Shown one piece after another: positions 1 to 13,872 of a DNA stretch of 64,000 nt. The stretch lies in NCBI RefSeq assembly GCF_006345805.1, contig NW_021835994.1, forward strand, positions 62,001 through 126,000, in the 5' to 3' direction. The DNA is from Octopus sinensis. Its lineage: Eukaryota. The notes under the pieces are model-generated. The model saw nothing but the letters and a program-made list of their open reading frames with translations. It was not told where the DNA came from and searched no databases. The stretch's first letter is position 1; each line of letters opens with the position of its first letter. The position numbers were made by a program, and so were the translations under genes.

Positions 1-617
1 GTATTAGCTTCACATCTCCCGAAAATCTCGCAGAATTGTTTGAAAAAACTTTGATTCTTTCGACTCCATTTGTATCTACAAGATTAAAAAAGTTAATACG
101 TTTTAAAGAATTTTGTTTGACCGAACAATTTCTCATAAACGTGCATGTTCTCTGTGAACCCAATAATTGAGTTGTTCGTAATTTGGAATATTTTGTTTTA
201 CCGAACAATTTCTCATAAACGTGCATGTTCCCTGTGAACCCAATTGCCACATATGATCGAAATAGGAGGTAAAATTAAAATTTTCCAAATTATCGGCAAC
301 TTTCTTAATGTTTTCTTTTAGCTAATTCTTGTTGTTGCTCTCGGACGAATTTTATTTAAATCATTTTTAATTTTTGCAAATAAATGTTCGATGGGATTTA
401 ATTGTGGGGAGTAACTCGACAAAAATTCAACGTGTATATTTAGATTTCGAAATTAATTTTTTATGTTATTACAATGATGTATCGGTGCGTTGTCCATTAT
501 TAATAAAGTGTTAGTAGGAAAAATATTACAACCGTGAGCTTCACGTATAAATGCTTCAAAATTTTCTGCATTGTATCCACCATCAATTATTCTATAGAAC
601 TCCAAACGAGTGATGAC

Positions 618-2496
618 TAGGGCAATTTTTTGCCTAAAATGCCTTTTTGCACCAAAAGGTCTATTTATTTAAATAATTAATTTAAGCTATAATTTAATTA
701 AAATAGATTTATCTACAACGAGTTATAAATGCCTTAAATGCTTAAAAAATTGTTAAGGTCCTAAAAAATTTTTTTAAGGTCCTAAAAATTTTTTTAAGGT
801 CTTAAAAATTTTTAAAATAAATTATTTTTAAATGTTACAAAAAAATATTTTAAAAATAACAAATTAGGCACGCTATAAATTACTTTTTTGTGTTCAAATG
901 CCACGTGTACGTTCTACAATAAAGTCTAAAGCTCTAAAAGCCTATGAAACTTACGTAAAAGAATTCACAGTGATTAAAGGCAGTCTATATTGTAAAATAT
1001 GTATGATCTACGTCAATGCATCAAAAAAATATTATATTGATCAGCATAGACAATCTACAAAACATCTAAAGCTTTTGAGTAATTTAAAATTATTTTTTTT
1101 AGATAACAATGAAGGATTCCAACAATCCTTAGATTCCCTATTCAACGGTCAAACCGAAACGGAAGACTTTCAGAGTATGCCGATGGAAGTTGCCAAAGCC
1201 TTTTCTGAAGCAAACATTCCTCTTCATAAGCTCAATAATCCAAGCTTAAAGGGATTGTTTGAAAAATTGAATATTTCGCTTCCTTCCCAGTCAGCCTGTC
1301 GCAATTGTATTCCTGCAATCAGTGAACAAAAATTATCCAAGTATAAAAGTGATCTAAGGTTAACAAATGATTAATTTTTAGATCTCAAAAGATTTTTATG
1401 GTTGTTGACGAGGGTGACGTAAATGGACAGAAGTTTGTAGTTGTTCTCATTGGGAATATCGCTTATCCAGAGAAGACCTATTTAATTTCGTGTGAACCTT
1501 TATATGAATCTGTAACTGCTAACACAATTCTTCAGATTATCGATGAAGAGATTAAAAAATTCGAGATTATACGCAATAATTTTCTTCTTTTTCTTTCTGA
1601 TGCAGCCCCGTATATGATTTTGGGTAGTTTGTTGAATTATTTTTAGCCGGAAAAACATTGAAAATGCTTTATCCTAGGATGTTCCATGTAACATGTGTTG
1701 CACATTTGTTACATAATTGCTGTCTCAGAGTAAAGGCGTATTATTCGGACGTTGATAATCTTATTGCGACTATAAAGACATCAATAGTGAAAAACAAAAC
1801 TAGAAAAAAAATGTTTTCTACAATTGGTTATCCGCCCGACGTCATCATAACTAGATGGGGTAGTTGGCTGCAAGCAGCATACTATTATGCAAATAATTTT
1901 GTATCAATTGCTGAAATTGTGGAGAATTTCAAAGACGACGGAATATTAGTTAAAAAAGTAAAACAAGCAATTGAATCGCCAACCTTAAGAAAAAGTCTAA
2001 TGGAAATAAATGAAAATTATCAGATACTTAATCAAATATTGAAAAAAATGGAATCCACAAGTTATACAATAAATGATGCACATTCAGATCTTTGTTTGTT
2101 AAAATTTCCGTCTGATAATGCAGAAATAAATGAATACATACAAAAAGATTACACAAAAATGACATAGAATCAATTATAGAAATGGAGAAAAGTAATATCT
2201 CCCCTGAAGAATATGGACTAATAAGAAAATGTCAGTGTACATCATCAACCGTTGAAAGAGCATTTTCTATGCTTAAAAAATTAATTACTAAAGATAGAGG
2301 TTTCAATGCGGAAAATGTCAAAAATTATTTAATACCTTACTATAACAAATAATTTTTACGACTTTTTGATTTAATACCTTATTAAAATGTGCCTAAAAAT
2401 GTAGAATAAAGTCCTAAAAATTAAAAATAAAGTCCTAAAATGCCTATTTTTAAGGTCCTAAAAATAAATTTTAAGTGCCTGAAAAAAATTGCCCTA
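618..2496 (+). mobile_element. Complete hAT-superfamily DNA transposon (CGGBP/zf-BED-like group)
   Basis: TIRs TAGGGCAATTTTTTT / AAAAAAATTGCCCTA; perfect 8-bp TSD GTGATGAC at 610-617 and 2497-2504; subterminal GGTCCTAAAA repeats at both ends. Confidence 0.93.
898..2352 (+). CDS. hAT transposase with N-terminal C2H2/BED-like finger; three mini-introns (1079-1102, 1359-1381, 1624-1646); one frameshift near 2145
   Basis: CKIC...H...H, VVDE, SDAAPYM, HVTCVAHLLH, TRWGSW and VERAFS motifs; removing the GT-AG introns fuses ORFs 898, 1398 and 1658 in frame. Confidence 0.88.
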
Positions 2497-2633
2497 GTGA
2501 TGACATTATTCCACAAAAGGATGCATTTTGGCCTTTAGAACTTTGTTGAAATAATAAGGGTTCAGTATAGGTAAAGAATAGCCATAATTAATGGATGTAT
2601 GTAAGTTGAATCCACTTTCATCTAAAAAAAGTA

Positions 2634-4859
2634 CAGTAAACTCTCTCTAATTTGCCATTTTTGGTTCCTGGCGAAATTGTGGCCAATTTGAGAAATGGCA
2701 GATTTCAGAATAAAAATTTTATTTAATTTTCTAATTAATTTATTTAAAAATAGTTAAACTATTTAAATTAATAAATTGTATTTTTATTGGAAATATATGT
2801 CGCGAGCGCAGCGACCGAGCGCAGCGAGCGACCATCAATTCTAGATCCTATCAATCAACAAATCTATAAATTGACAAATACCCAGGCTGGTATTTGGGTT
2901 TAAATATATTCGATAACAAAATTTAAAAATCGATGCCAAAGCAGAATGAGCTTTAAAACCGATTTCATAAATAAAAATAATTTTAAAATTTATAATGGAT
3001 ATTTTAGAATAATGAGAAAAAATCTAAATGCTTCATAATTTATTAAAATGTCAAAACAAGAATCTTCTGAAGGAGCAAGCCTGTCTGCACAGTTCATTTT
3101 TGATTAGAAGACCTAATTTTAGAGATTAAAACGAAAAAATAGCAATGAGATCTGTTAAATTATTACCCCCCTCACAACCTAAACCAAATTAGCGTTCAGT
3201 ATTCATTGATTTTACTTTTCTATTAAGTCTACTTATAAATTATTTATGGGATTCAATGGAAAACTTAAGTTATTTCAATTTTAATTTTAAATCATGTTAA
3301 AATTTTAAATAATTTAATAAATATATTTGTTGATGACAGGCTTGTTAGCTGTCAAAGTCGCGTCTAGCGCTCGGTCGCGCGCTGCGCTCGCGACATATTA
3401 TTATTAACCAAGGATTAAAAAAATTAAATTTTATTAAGTAATATTCAATTCCCAATTGCCTCTTTTTTGAATTTTTAATATTTTCTTTATATCTTCTTAT
3501 TGAAGTAATGAATTCCGCATCATTGTCATTTTCAATGTTTTCTAGAAGGCTATTTTCAATCTCTTAATTTGTAAAGCATTTTAGCCTTGCTTAATGATTT
3601 ATGCACTTCTACACAACCCGATTCTTCTTGTTCCTCAATAGAAATTAATTTCTCATCATCAATTGCCTCATTTTCACTGTAATCAATTGAAATAAATTCT
3701 TTTATTTCAATTGGATCATAAACATCTGTTTTGCTTACAATTTCAGCTGGTATATTTATGTTAAGAAGTTGTGATTCACATTCTGTACATTTTAGACGTT
3801 TGAAACAGTTTGAAATCGTTTGAGATTTCACATCTTCCCATGCCATTTTTACAAACAATACAGTATCTCTAAGAGTTAACTTTTTATACGATTCATAGAC
3901 TGAGTATTTTTCACATTCCAATATATCCGTTAAATAAAGTAATTTGTGCCTTTTGGTTTCCCGATCAATAGTGGTTTTAACTTATGTGTTCCTGACATAT
4001 TGGCGCACAACATGACTGAGACTCTATCTTTGAAATTTTTATATCCGTCAAAACGTGATTTACAAATACTCCGAGATGGAATCAATTTATAGAATATTCC
4101 TGTCTCATCCAAATTGTAAATATTTTCCGACGAGTAACTCTGTGAAACTTCTTCAAAATTTTTTAAAAACTGATCAATATCCACATGTTTTTCAGTGCGC
4201 ATTTCTCCGTGTAATTTACGCATTCGAAATCCATGTCTTTTTTTAAATTTGTCCAAAAACCCGTATGAATTTTTGAAATTAGTTAACGAAAGTTCTTTAG
4301 CGAAAAATTCTGCCTTATGTAATATTAGAGAATCGTTCAATAAAGCACCTTATATGTCAGAGTAGGAAGTGTACCTTTTGATTCCATTGAATCCATCCAT
4401 TCGACTAATTTTTGATCGAGATCGGGATATTTTAATTTTTTACAAGTTTTTTGTTCAGGAATTCGATTCTTGAAATGAAATAAGAGCGATTCTGCATCCT
4501 TTAATATTGCATTTACCGTCCTTCTTGAGATTGTCTTTTTAAAGATTGTAGAAAATCTGCTGCAAATCGTCTGACATGAAGCAGACTTATTACTTTCTTT
4601 GTAACGCAATATTTCCACTTTTTGAGCAATTGTAAGTCTAGTGTAGCTTCCAACAGGAACAGTGCGACCCATGCTTGCCTTAAATTCTTTTTATTTTTTC
4701 AATAAAAAAGAATTTTTTTAATTAATAAAGAGAATTTTCAAAAATTGTGGCAAATTTCAGAATTGGCAAATATCATTGAAAAGTAGAAAGAATCGATAAA
4801 AAATGGCGAATTTCAGAATTGGCAAATTTAAGAATTGGCAGATTCTAGAGAGTTTACTG
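2634..4859 (-). mobile_element. pogo/Tigger transposon (internally deleted) with CENP-B-like HTH and DDE transposase at ~3430-4672
   Basis: TIRs CAGTAAACTCTCT / AGAGAGTTTACTG flanked by TA; motifs RLTIAQKVEI, GFLDKFKKRH, IYNLDETG, DRVSVMLCAN; 26-nt intron at 4349-4374. Confidence 0.92.
2798..3395. mobile_element. Non-autonomous MITE with CG-rich TG...CA inverted termini, nested in the pogo
   Basis: TGTCGCGAGCGCAGCG (2798-2813) is the exact reverse complement of CGCTGCGCTCGCGACA (3380-3395); interior AT-rich, no recognisable coding. Confidence 0.7.
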
Positions 4860-6635
4860 TAATTCTTTTATTAAAGAATGTTGATAACTTTGTTGCGTAA
4901 TATTTAATAGAATCTTTATGAATTTGTGTGAGAATAACTTTTGAACGTTTCTTCAAACGTTTTCTAGTTAAATCTGATTCTTTAAACAATCTATTGATTT
5001 TTGATCTGCTTATGGATATACTGTTGTTTTGATTTGTAAAAAGCTTTTCTCTAACACCTAATTGTGTCAAAGAATTATCCTCATTAATAATATTTGTAAT
5101 TTTTTTAAATTATTTCACGGTTATCTTTTTTAGGGCCTTTAGACCGTACATAAGCATAGAAATCAACATTTTCATTCGAAAATTTACAAATTTTGTAAAT
5201 TGCAGAAGGTGATATATCAACTATTTTGGAAATTTCTTTAACAGGAATATTGTTTCTTAATTTTAGAATTTGATTAAATAAATCAATGTGAGTGTCTTTT
5301 GTATTTTTCGGTTGCAAACATTGTCTTCCATATGTCATTTATCCTTACTTTACGCACTTTGTAATTTTTATTTATAATATTGGGATCTTTATTTATCTTT
5401 TGGGATTTGTATTTTTAATATTAGGATCATTCTTTATAATAATAGGATTATTATTTATCTTTCTAGGATGCAGTATATTTCTAATGTAGTTTTATGTGTT
5501 GGTGGACAGTTCCTCTTTTTAGACGCATCCCTTTAAGTAATTTAAACTCAAAGCTAACATGAGTAGACCAAAAAACTCATCAACATAATTATTTTAATAT
5601 ATTAACTTTACTTTTAAGGAAAAACACATTCACGAGACTGACGCAGAATGACAAGAAAATTACGGAGTAAATCTTTTCTATTTAATATGTTGATTATTTA
5701 ATTGAATTATTCTTAGATACCAACTTTTTTGAGTAGTAATCATAATTCCTCTAACTGCATCAAACCAAGAAAGCATCAAGCGATTAAACAAATCATTTTC
5801 CATCAAAATTTGAAACGAGAGTAGCATATGTTTATATTCAAGTCCAAAGTAATTGGCTTCTCCTGTCAATAGGCGACCCAAAACAACACTTAAAATGTTT
5901 TCAAGCTCCAGAAAAGATTCATTTAAGAATTCGTAGACCACTGTTTGTGCGAACGTTGTTTAACTTGGTTAACAATTCTCCTTCTTGTGATTCAAAAGAT
6001 ATAAACATAGTGATTTACAAATGGATAAACCACTTTCTGTCCAAAACAACTTTGAGGATCATATTTTTCAAATGAATCCAAAAGACAACATTAAGAACTG
6101 AGGATGAATATGGTAGATTAGTTTACTTACAATAGATTGCAACCTATGTCTGTATATCAAGCAATCTGATATGCACCAAAGATTGCATTTAATAAAATAT
6201 TCGTTGATACTAATTAATTAACATGATTATTTATTCTAATATTTCATTGTTCCACTTTTTGTCTTTACTGTCACTTGTCATGTGCAGTAGTCACAGTCAA
6301 TACGTAATGTACATTGAAAATTGCTTTTTATACTGCATTAATTGTAAAGATGAGGCTCCTTTAAACGGAATATTACATTATTGCCAAACTTTAGATGCTC
6401 TTAAAGATACATGTCGAGCACTCAGACATTGATAGTTCCATGCATTTTAAAAAGCTTATTTTAAATAAAAATGGCTCCAAACTCTATATCAGAAATACAA
6501 AGTTATAAAATTTAAAGAAATGTATTTGTATCAAAAGATTTGATCAACAAGACCAACATGGCAATAGTTCAGAGGCAATCTCTGGCAATGAAATAAGATG
6601 TTCACTCGATGACAGATTTTGTTTGTCCTTAAGAA

Positions 6636-8000
6636 TTACACAACAAAAACAACATTAGAAATTCCAACCAAAAGAGACAAGTTTCTAACAACCTCGCCCC
6701 CCACAGGATTACATATCTTGGATGCCAGAGTGCTCACTGCAGACTTGTAGTGACACTCAAACACTTTCATTTCCCAGAGAGAAGACAATCCAGCATTCGA
6801 ATTTTCCGGATCACTTTCATCGACCAAGAAAGGGTCTGACTCCAGAGCTATCCAATAACAGAAATATGATACACAGGCCATCAGGACGATTGACAAGAAT
6901 CTGCGTAGACGAATGTCTGCCAATAATGTTAAGGATGAACTGCAGAATCAGTTCATTGTTATCATAAGGTCCATAACAAAATAAATGCAGAGCCAATCGA
7001 GCAGCTTTTTTAGCAAAAGCAAGTGCATAAGTCGACGGCAAATGTCTATAAAAGTCATCTACTTTAAATATACGAAGAAGCTAAAAATTTATCAGTTTGG
7101 AGGAAAAATTGTTCCCATTCCTTAATTTGGAACAAAGCGGGTGTCATCAAAGAATACAAATCCACATAAATCGACGGACATTCACTAGAAAATATTATAT
7201 CTAACAATATACATGTTGTAATTGACCATAAAGGAGTATACCGAAGTGAGACTGAGGACGGCTCTTCTCCCTCCTTTCATATAAATAACAATAACAAACC
7301 CAGACTGAGATTATCGAATATAAAATCACAAAAACGAGTAGGACTGGACACATGAGGCAACATCTTGTGAAATGACTCCACAAGGAAACACATTTCCTCT
7401 TCTGGATAGCTCTCAAAACTCAGCAGGTTATTCAATATTTTGCTATAACAGCGTTTATTTGTTGAAACATTCACTTCCGCGACTCCATCAACCAATTCTT
7501 GATTAAATAAACAATCCGAGGGACAATCCAACATCAACAAAAAACGAACAAATGTAGAAAGCCCGACTAAATTAGTCCGACTGAACAGAATCAGAGCTGT
7601 AAGTGAGCAGTGCTTCACGTCCTTGTATCCTAAATATGACCGAAACACGGAAAATGTCGAAATTCCGCTGTTTTCTACTATCAAAACAATTTTGAGGATT
7701 CTCTATCACATTATATCCAATAAATGACCTTGATTATGTTTTTAAACAAAAAGGGAGTATTCTGCTGGTCATTCGAACTGACCTTGGCTATTTCCATCAC
7801 GTGACCGATCACCGAGGCCTGGGAATGATTGACAAAGTAAACTCGGTGTTGGGGATTTGGGCAAGATTGAATGAAGGATTCGGCTGTGTTTAAATATTCA
7901 ATAAATCTATTTCTTATCCACTTTGAAAAGATTGTACTGGACTGGCCTATTTGAATGTATTACTGACTTACTGGTATCACAGACTGAGCCATCGTATATT
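6636..8000 (-). CDS. NOC4L: Nucleolar complex protein 4 (CBF/Mak21 domain), multi-exon; 5' end approximate
   Basis: LPSTYALAFAKKAARLAL, LILQFILNIIGRH, DPFLVDESDP and SSLWEMKVFECHY match the NOC4 C-terminal domain. Confidence 0.75.
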
Positions 8001-8680
8001 TTGTGTTGTATTATGTGGCAAAATATATTGGAAAGGGCTTTAGATGAATATTCTATCATGTTATTTTCCAGGTTCTGAGGAAATTATATTCTAATTTTAC
8101 CTCCATGTATGAAATCAAATCGACAATTACATTTATATTTTTAAAATCATTAAAAAAAGTAGAAGAAATGTTATCTATGTTCTCTTTTGTCACAACCATT
8201 AAGGATCACACAAGGACTAAACGTGTATTTATTAATTCGTTTATTTATAACTTATATGTAAAAAAATAAAATACATTTTTAGAAAATAATATACGGTATA
8301 TCCTTCATTATCCTAGACATTGTATATTTCAATGTTGCAAATTTTTTGTCAAAAAGACATTCGGCTAACCACTGATAACCAATTCTATTAGATTCTGCAA
8401 TCAAACAAAACGGATTATTAAAGTAGGGAATAGTTTTAATGGCAAACCTTGAACCTGTCATAAATTTAATTGAATATTTTTTACAAAACGGTCTTTTAAT
8501 GATCAAAAACTGTGCATGATCAGGCTATTATAATACATGTATTGTACATGTGATTACCCAGCAATTACACACGAAATATCACTTAACAATTATAGAAATT
8601 GATTAATAATTAAATATTATTTAAATTAATATATTATTAATAAAATCATTAAATTTCTGTTTTTAACAAGTCCCTTCAAA

Positions 8681-9850
8681 ATGAATAATTCCAAAACCCA
8701 CACAATTACGTCCCTTATGCGAAATAGGTACAAAAGCCCGACTTTTTCATAGCATGGAATTTGAGCGCTTTAAAAAATTTTTAAAAGAAAATAAAGCAAT
8801 AATAGACTTGGAATGTTGGCAAGACCTGGAAGCTTTAAAAAAACTGTCAAATTCTGCCAAAAAAGTTCAAATTGAAAAAATAAAAAAACAATACCTCAAC
8901 ACCAAATATTTTTCAGCAAAAATTCTCCCGCCAATAAACTCGAACAAAAAATGGTATCCGCGGACTTGCATCTTTCAGGTGACTGATCAATGTGGGGGGT
9001 TGAAGAAAGTCTTCTCCACCGTCCCTCCCTCAACTGTCCTCAACACTCTCGCAACAGCAGTGACGAGACGGATCACCCATAAATGGATTCCCGCGTTTTT
9101 GAGATTCCAGGAAAAAACTGTCGGATTCTAAAAAAATCATCAAATCTACTTCTTTCTGTCATTTTGTCAAACTTGCGATTCGAGTGAGTTTTTTGAACTT
9201 ATGAACAGGCGAGACAGAAATGGGAGCCGAATCAAGTCGACATTGACCATTTCAGGTCCTCGATGAAAGATCAAATCATTTTTAACAACTTTGAAAGGTT
9301 CCTTCAACGCCGGGTCCCCAATTCCAATAAAAACTTGTTGTTTTGGAATGAAGTACAAAAATACAAGGTTTGGTGTCAATTTGAGTTCAGAAACTGTTTT
9401 TATCAAAGTGCACAGAATTGTTAATCCGACAAAAAGTAAATTCGATCATTGACTGTTTCCTTAACTCCCAAATCCCCCCTTCGATTCAAATTGTTATAAG
9501 CAAGACACTTGCAGACAAAACGATCGAATCTTGCAATGACTTGAACCCATATTTGTTTAGAGAAGCACATGTAGTCACTGCACTGTCATTTTAGTATGAG
9601 GTCTTCAAATGGCTACTCAACCAGTGGGCGGATTTTGTGGAGTGTAAAAAGACTTCTTCGTTCTACGAATTACTCAAAAAGAAACGAGTTTTATAATTTG
9701 AGACTAAGCTTAGACGGAGGATCGAGTCACGGAAGAATGGACAACTAAAAATAAAAAATTTCACGGAAATAGATTGGAATGGACTTATTCGGAGTGGTAC
9801 GTCCTCAATAAGTCGATTCAGGACGATGAATAACCGTAAGTTAATTATTT
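8681..9850 (+). CDS. RGS22-like RGS-domain protein (partial; ends uncertain)
   Basis: FERFKKFL...DLECWQDLE...IKKQYLNTKYF resembles an RGS22 RGS-like domain; short GT-AG introns nearby. Confidence 0.5.
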
Positions 9851-10849
9851 GGTCACCTCCATAAGACGACTTATAAATTAATTGATAAATAATTTTTGTT
9901 TTGTTTTTTGGGTAATTCATATCCGAATGAGCATGTTTTTATGTGTTTATGAAATAATTTGTCTTTATCATTATTTAAATTTAAATGTTATTTAGTTACA
10001 CAATCAAATCAATTTGATATCTACAAAAAACTCATGACATCAAAGCTGGCTTTAGTCCTCAAATTATAATTTTCCTGAACATAATTGCCAATAATGGTAG
10101 TGGCCTTACCAATAACCATGTATTTGAAAAGATTAATGCCAAAACAGAGTTTGGATAATGTGCCAGAAGATTTTGAAAAGACTTAAACTCGCCTAATGCG
10201 TCATTCACAGAGATAAAATTTCCCAAAGATGACCAGTGTGCCATGCGGGAAGTATTTCAATCTATTTTCTTACCCAACCAATTTTTGGGAAAGTAGAGTA
10301 CGTGTCTGGGAAAGTCAGACAACGAAGATCGTTCTCATAGCACAGACAATCAACGAAACCATTATTAATTGTGGCCTATAATATCAGTGATATTATTTTT
10401 CTATTTAACTGATAGTTTTGAGTGGAGCTGTAATTTCTGGTTATTTTTGCCCATGATAAGAATTTCTTTTTCCTTCAATAGCGCATTCTTCGAAAACTTG
10501 GCTTACTTTTTTTGCTAAGTTAATTTCAATTTCCTTGCATTCATTTACTTCACATTAATGTTTCAGAATTTTCTTATAATTTTGAATATGAAGTTGCGTT
10601 ACATCCCACGTCTTTGAAATTATTTTAATTACATTTCCCAGAGTGAGGTGTTTTAATGATTCCAATCTTTAGAAATATGAATACACCTAACAATCTCATT
10701 AATGTCATCTGTTTTAAACAGAATATAACATTCTAAATTTTAAGCGTAAAATAGCAAAATTTTAATCGAGGATTTACAATGAGAACACTCTTTCATTAAA
10801 ATTCTCACAAAATGTTTCTTTCTTGATAAAAAAAAAGATAACCTAATAT

Positions 10850-11060
10850 TTGAGATATATAAAGGCAATCAACTTTGTTCAAGAGATCGGGTCTCGGATG
10901 TCTAGATTCACAGGCGACACCCGCAAGTCGAGATGGTTTTTTGAGCGGATATCCCTTGCAATAGTATGGTCAAACTCTTTCTCGATCGCATCAGCTTCTC
11001 GCCTGGTGAACTTGGACAAACACGTTTATTAACTTAATGTCGCATCTAAAAATATTAATA
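10850..11060 (+). mobile_element. 3'-terminal remnant of CRE-like non-LTR retroelement
   Basis: SRWFFERISLAIV matches the C-terminus of the elements at 12427 and 57080. Confidence 0.75.
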
Positions 11061-11097
11061 ACTTGTGATGAATATTGATAATTTTTGATTATTTGAG

Positions 11098-12171
11098 ATG
11101 ACTAAGAGATGACTAGCGGCAGGTAGCGCTTTTTTACAATACTGCGGATCTGAATTCTATTATTCTGAATATCTCTAAATTTATAATAAAGTATGAAATA
11201 ACAATGCCATTTCCCCAAAATTCGTAAATTCTGTCATTACCTGGTCTACTCTTCTTTGGACATGCTTTCGCTGATTCTGATATTTCTAAAAAATATATTT
11301 AATACACAAATATATTATAGAAAAGAGGAATTGCAGGTTCCGCATGCAAAAGTGATCTTCCACAGGGAGAATGGTGGTTTCCCAGTGGAGATGGTCGGAA
11401 GAAGTGAATAACATGCATCCGGTAATTGTTCGGAGAGCACCATTTTGGGTCCTTTGGAGTTTTTGAATGTTGCTGGATGAAAGGGAAGCGTCTCAATCGG
11501 GGCTAGCGTAGTTAGGATCCTGATATATTGTTTATATATTATTCTTAGCGTTTCTTTGTCTTGACCAAAGGAAGATCCGGCCACTAAACGGAGGGCATTC
11601 CTCTTTTGTTTATTTTTTTGATTATGTGGTCAACATGAGAAGACAAGGTAAGACATTGGTCGTAGATCATTCCCAGGATTTTCGGAGTTTTGAGATGGGG
11701 AGGCGTTCACCAAAGATTTTCAACTCTGCATGCTAGTCTAGCTGCGACGGTCACTGAACAACGTAACACTGGACTTTGAGGGACAGGGTGAGGGGTGGTT
11801 ACAAGCCAATGTCCCGAGCCGCCAAGATCAAATCATCAGCATAAGAAAGGATCAAAGTGTCTTCCAGCTTGGGTAAACTGCTCAGGTGGAGGTTAAACAA
11901 GCCCGGAGAGAGGGCCGATCCTTGCGGGACTCCATTCGGTAAGTAACGCGCGTGCAACGTCCTCGACATGAACAAAGTGCGACCCCAACCCTCATTTTTC
12001 CGAGAATAAAACCGAGCCCAGACTGAAACCATGACTAAGAGATGACTAGCGGCAGGTAGCGCTTTTTTACAATACCTCCGATCTGAATTCTATCATTCTG
12101 AATATCTCTAAATTTATAATAAAGTATGAAATAACGATGCCATTTCCCCAAAATTCGTCAATTCTGTCATT
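11098..12171 (+). repeat. ~141-bp direct duplication (11098-11238 and 12031-12171) flanking a LINE fragment
   Basis: ATGACTAAGAGATGACTAGCGGCAGG...AATTCTGTCATT occurs twice with few mismatches. Confidence 0.92.
11300..12030 (-). mobile_element. Non-LTR retrotransposon RT fragment (jockey/RTE-like)
   Basis: GVPQGSALSPGLFNL, YADD, AGSSFGQDKETL...YKQYIR. Confidence 0.85.
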
Positions 12172-12392
12172 TTTGAATGATTTTGTACTCTTGACAGAGT
12201 TTTTGATATGGTATTCTTGAACTCGGTGCCGTTGTCGGATTGAAATTATTTGCAAGGCCCGTGATCTACAAAAATTTCTTCTAATTTGTCGGCCACTTCT
12301 CTTCCACTTTTGTTGAGTATGTTTCTGGTGAATGCATATTTTAAATATTATGTTTTCTACAGACATTAACCAAGACAAATTATCATTTTTTT
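12172..12392 (-). mobile_element. Ginger-type integrase core fragment
   Basis: Reads NDNLSWLMSV...AFTR...GPCKLFQSDNGTEFKN across frameshifts. Confidence 0.75.
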
Positions 12393-13790
12393 TTAAAACC
12401 AGAAAGAAGAGAGAATAAAATAGTTATTAACTAACTAAATTCCCGGCCTCGTAAATGGAAACACACTTTCCACGTACTATAGCCAAGGAAATCCTTTCGA
12501 GAAGCCACTTGGACTCGCGTGGGTCTCCCCGTTTAAGGGAAATCATGCGGCCAAGCTTTTTCAAAAAGGAAAGACACTTTTCGCCGATGACGCCGGAAGT
12601 CTCGACGGCGATAGGAGTGAACAGATATCGTTCAGAGAGCTTCTTGTACTTTCCGATCTTCATCTTCTCGGTTTTGCGAGAGACTGAGCCAGCCTTGAAG
12701 GAAGGTTAAGCTCCGAGAAAGTGTCTGAACAAGTCGCATCCCATAACAGAGACTTGCCGAACTCAAACGGGAAAGTCGATAGACCGTCGGGTCTTTTTCC
12801 GTCTCCCCTCGCAAGCCCAACGGGTTCAAGGATTGATGGAATTCCAGCGGCCGTGAGCCCCCTCTGAATAACGTCGTTAAGTGCTGCATGGCGTGGTGCG
12901 CGCCCTGCACTGCGACGACAGGAAAGGGGATGTAGACTGAAACGGTCAATAACAGCACCACAACGACATTTATGTATTTCGCCATGAGATAGCGTCCCAT
13001 TGAGCTTGGATACACGGGTCACTGGGTCTCTTGTTGTTCAATGAATCCCACAGGTCCAAAGCGACCACGTGATCAACTGACAATTTTTCGTTCGGGTAGG
13101 TTTCTGAGAACAATGTCAGTGAGGACACGGGATGATGCCGTCGACGAAAGGAAAGCAGGAAGAGCAATAGACACGGGAGAACGGAGTCCAATCCCACCGC
13201 GGCTTACAGGCAGGGTGGATTGAATCCAACCCAGAGGGTCGAAACGTACGTTGCATAGCGACTCTGCTCCGGACTTCAGAATATTTTCAATATCGGAAAG
13301 GAGATTTTGTTCGTGAAAACACGGAGAGCTTCTTAAAGTATATAGGAGCTTCGGAGTTGAAAAGTAATTACGGAGAAGAAAGAACCCGACGTGGGCGTCG
13401 ATGAGAGAGAGTCTTTGAATAATGCATGACAGAACAGCTGCCTTGTCAATAAGAGTTTGAGACAAAGCCTCGCGACCAATGGGGACCCAAGGATGAGGAG
13501 GTTTTTTTTATCGGTGATCCGCACGCCCTTTTAAAATATCTTCCAGAACGGCCATAGTTTCGACAAAAATTCCGTTTGGGATATTGAGATTTATAACTTC
13601 GGATTTGGCAGAGTTTATCTCAAGACCAATAGATGAGAGGGCAGGGATAATTACGCGAAGGTCCTCTAGGACAGAGCATGGTGGTCCACATATTGTAGCG
13701 TCATCAAGATACCAGATGTTTATAGGGGAAAGGACAGAATCGGCGATGGAGTTGACGCAGATTGCAAATAACAGAGGACCAAGAGGATCA
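12390..13790 (-). mobile_element. 5'-truncated CRE-like non-LTR retrotransposon (RT, CCHC finger, restriction-like endonuclease)
   Basis: DPLGPLLF...WYLDD RT motif (~13700-13790), GGIGLR, CRCG..HPLSC, GKRPDG, WDATC, PIAVETSG; short 3' UTR and A tract. Confidence 0.88.
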
Positions 13791-13872
13791 ATTAATTAAA
13801 TTAATTATTTTTGTAGTTGATAATTCAATAATAAGATTGTTTGAAGGTTATCGATAAATTGACAGATTAACA

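Larger units (their letters stand above)
200..5338 (-). mobile_element. IS630/Tc1-family DDE transposase remnant, split by a hAT (618-2496) and a pogo (2634-4859) insertion
   Basis: Pieces rejoin once the inserts are removed: HTH-like 5105-5338; ...KLSTFFNKRI (4862-5070) joins LFLDESGFNLH (2633 downward) across the TA; C-terminal IMDNAPIH and FLSSYSPQLNPIEHLF at ~380-500. Outer ends not located. Confidence 0.8.
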
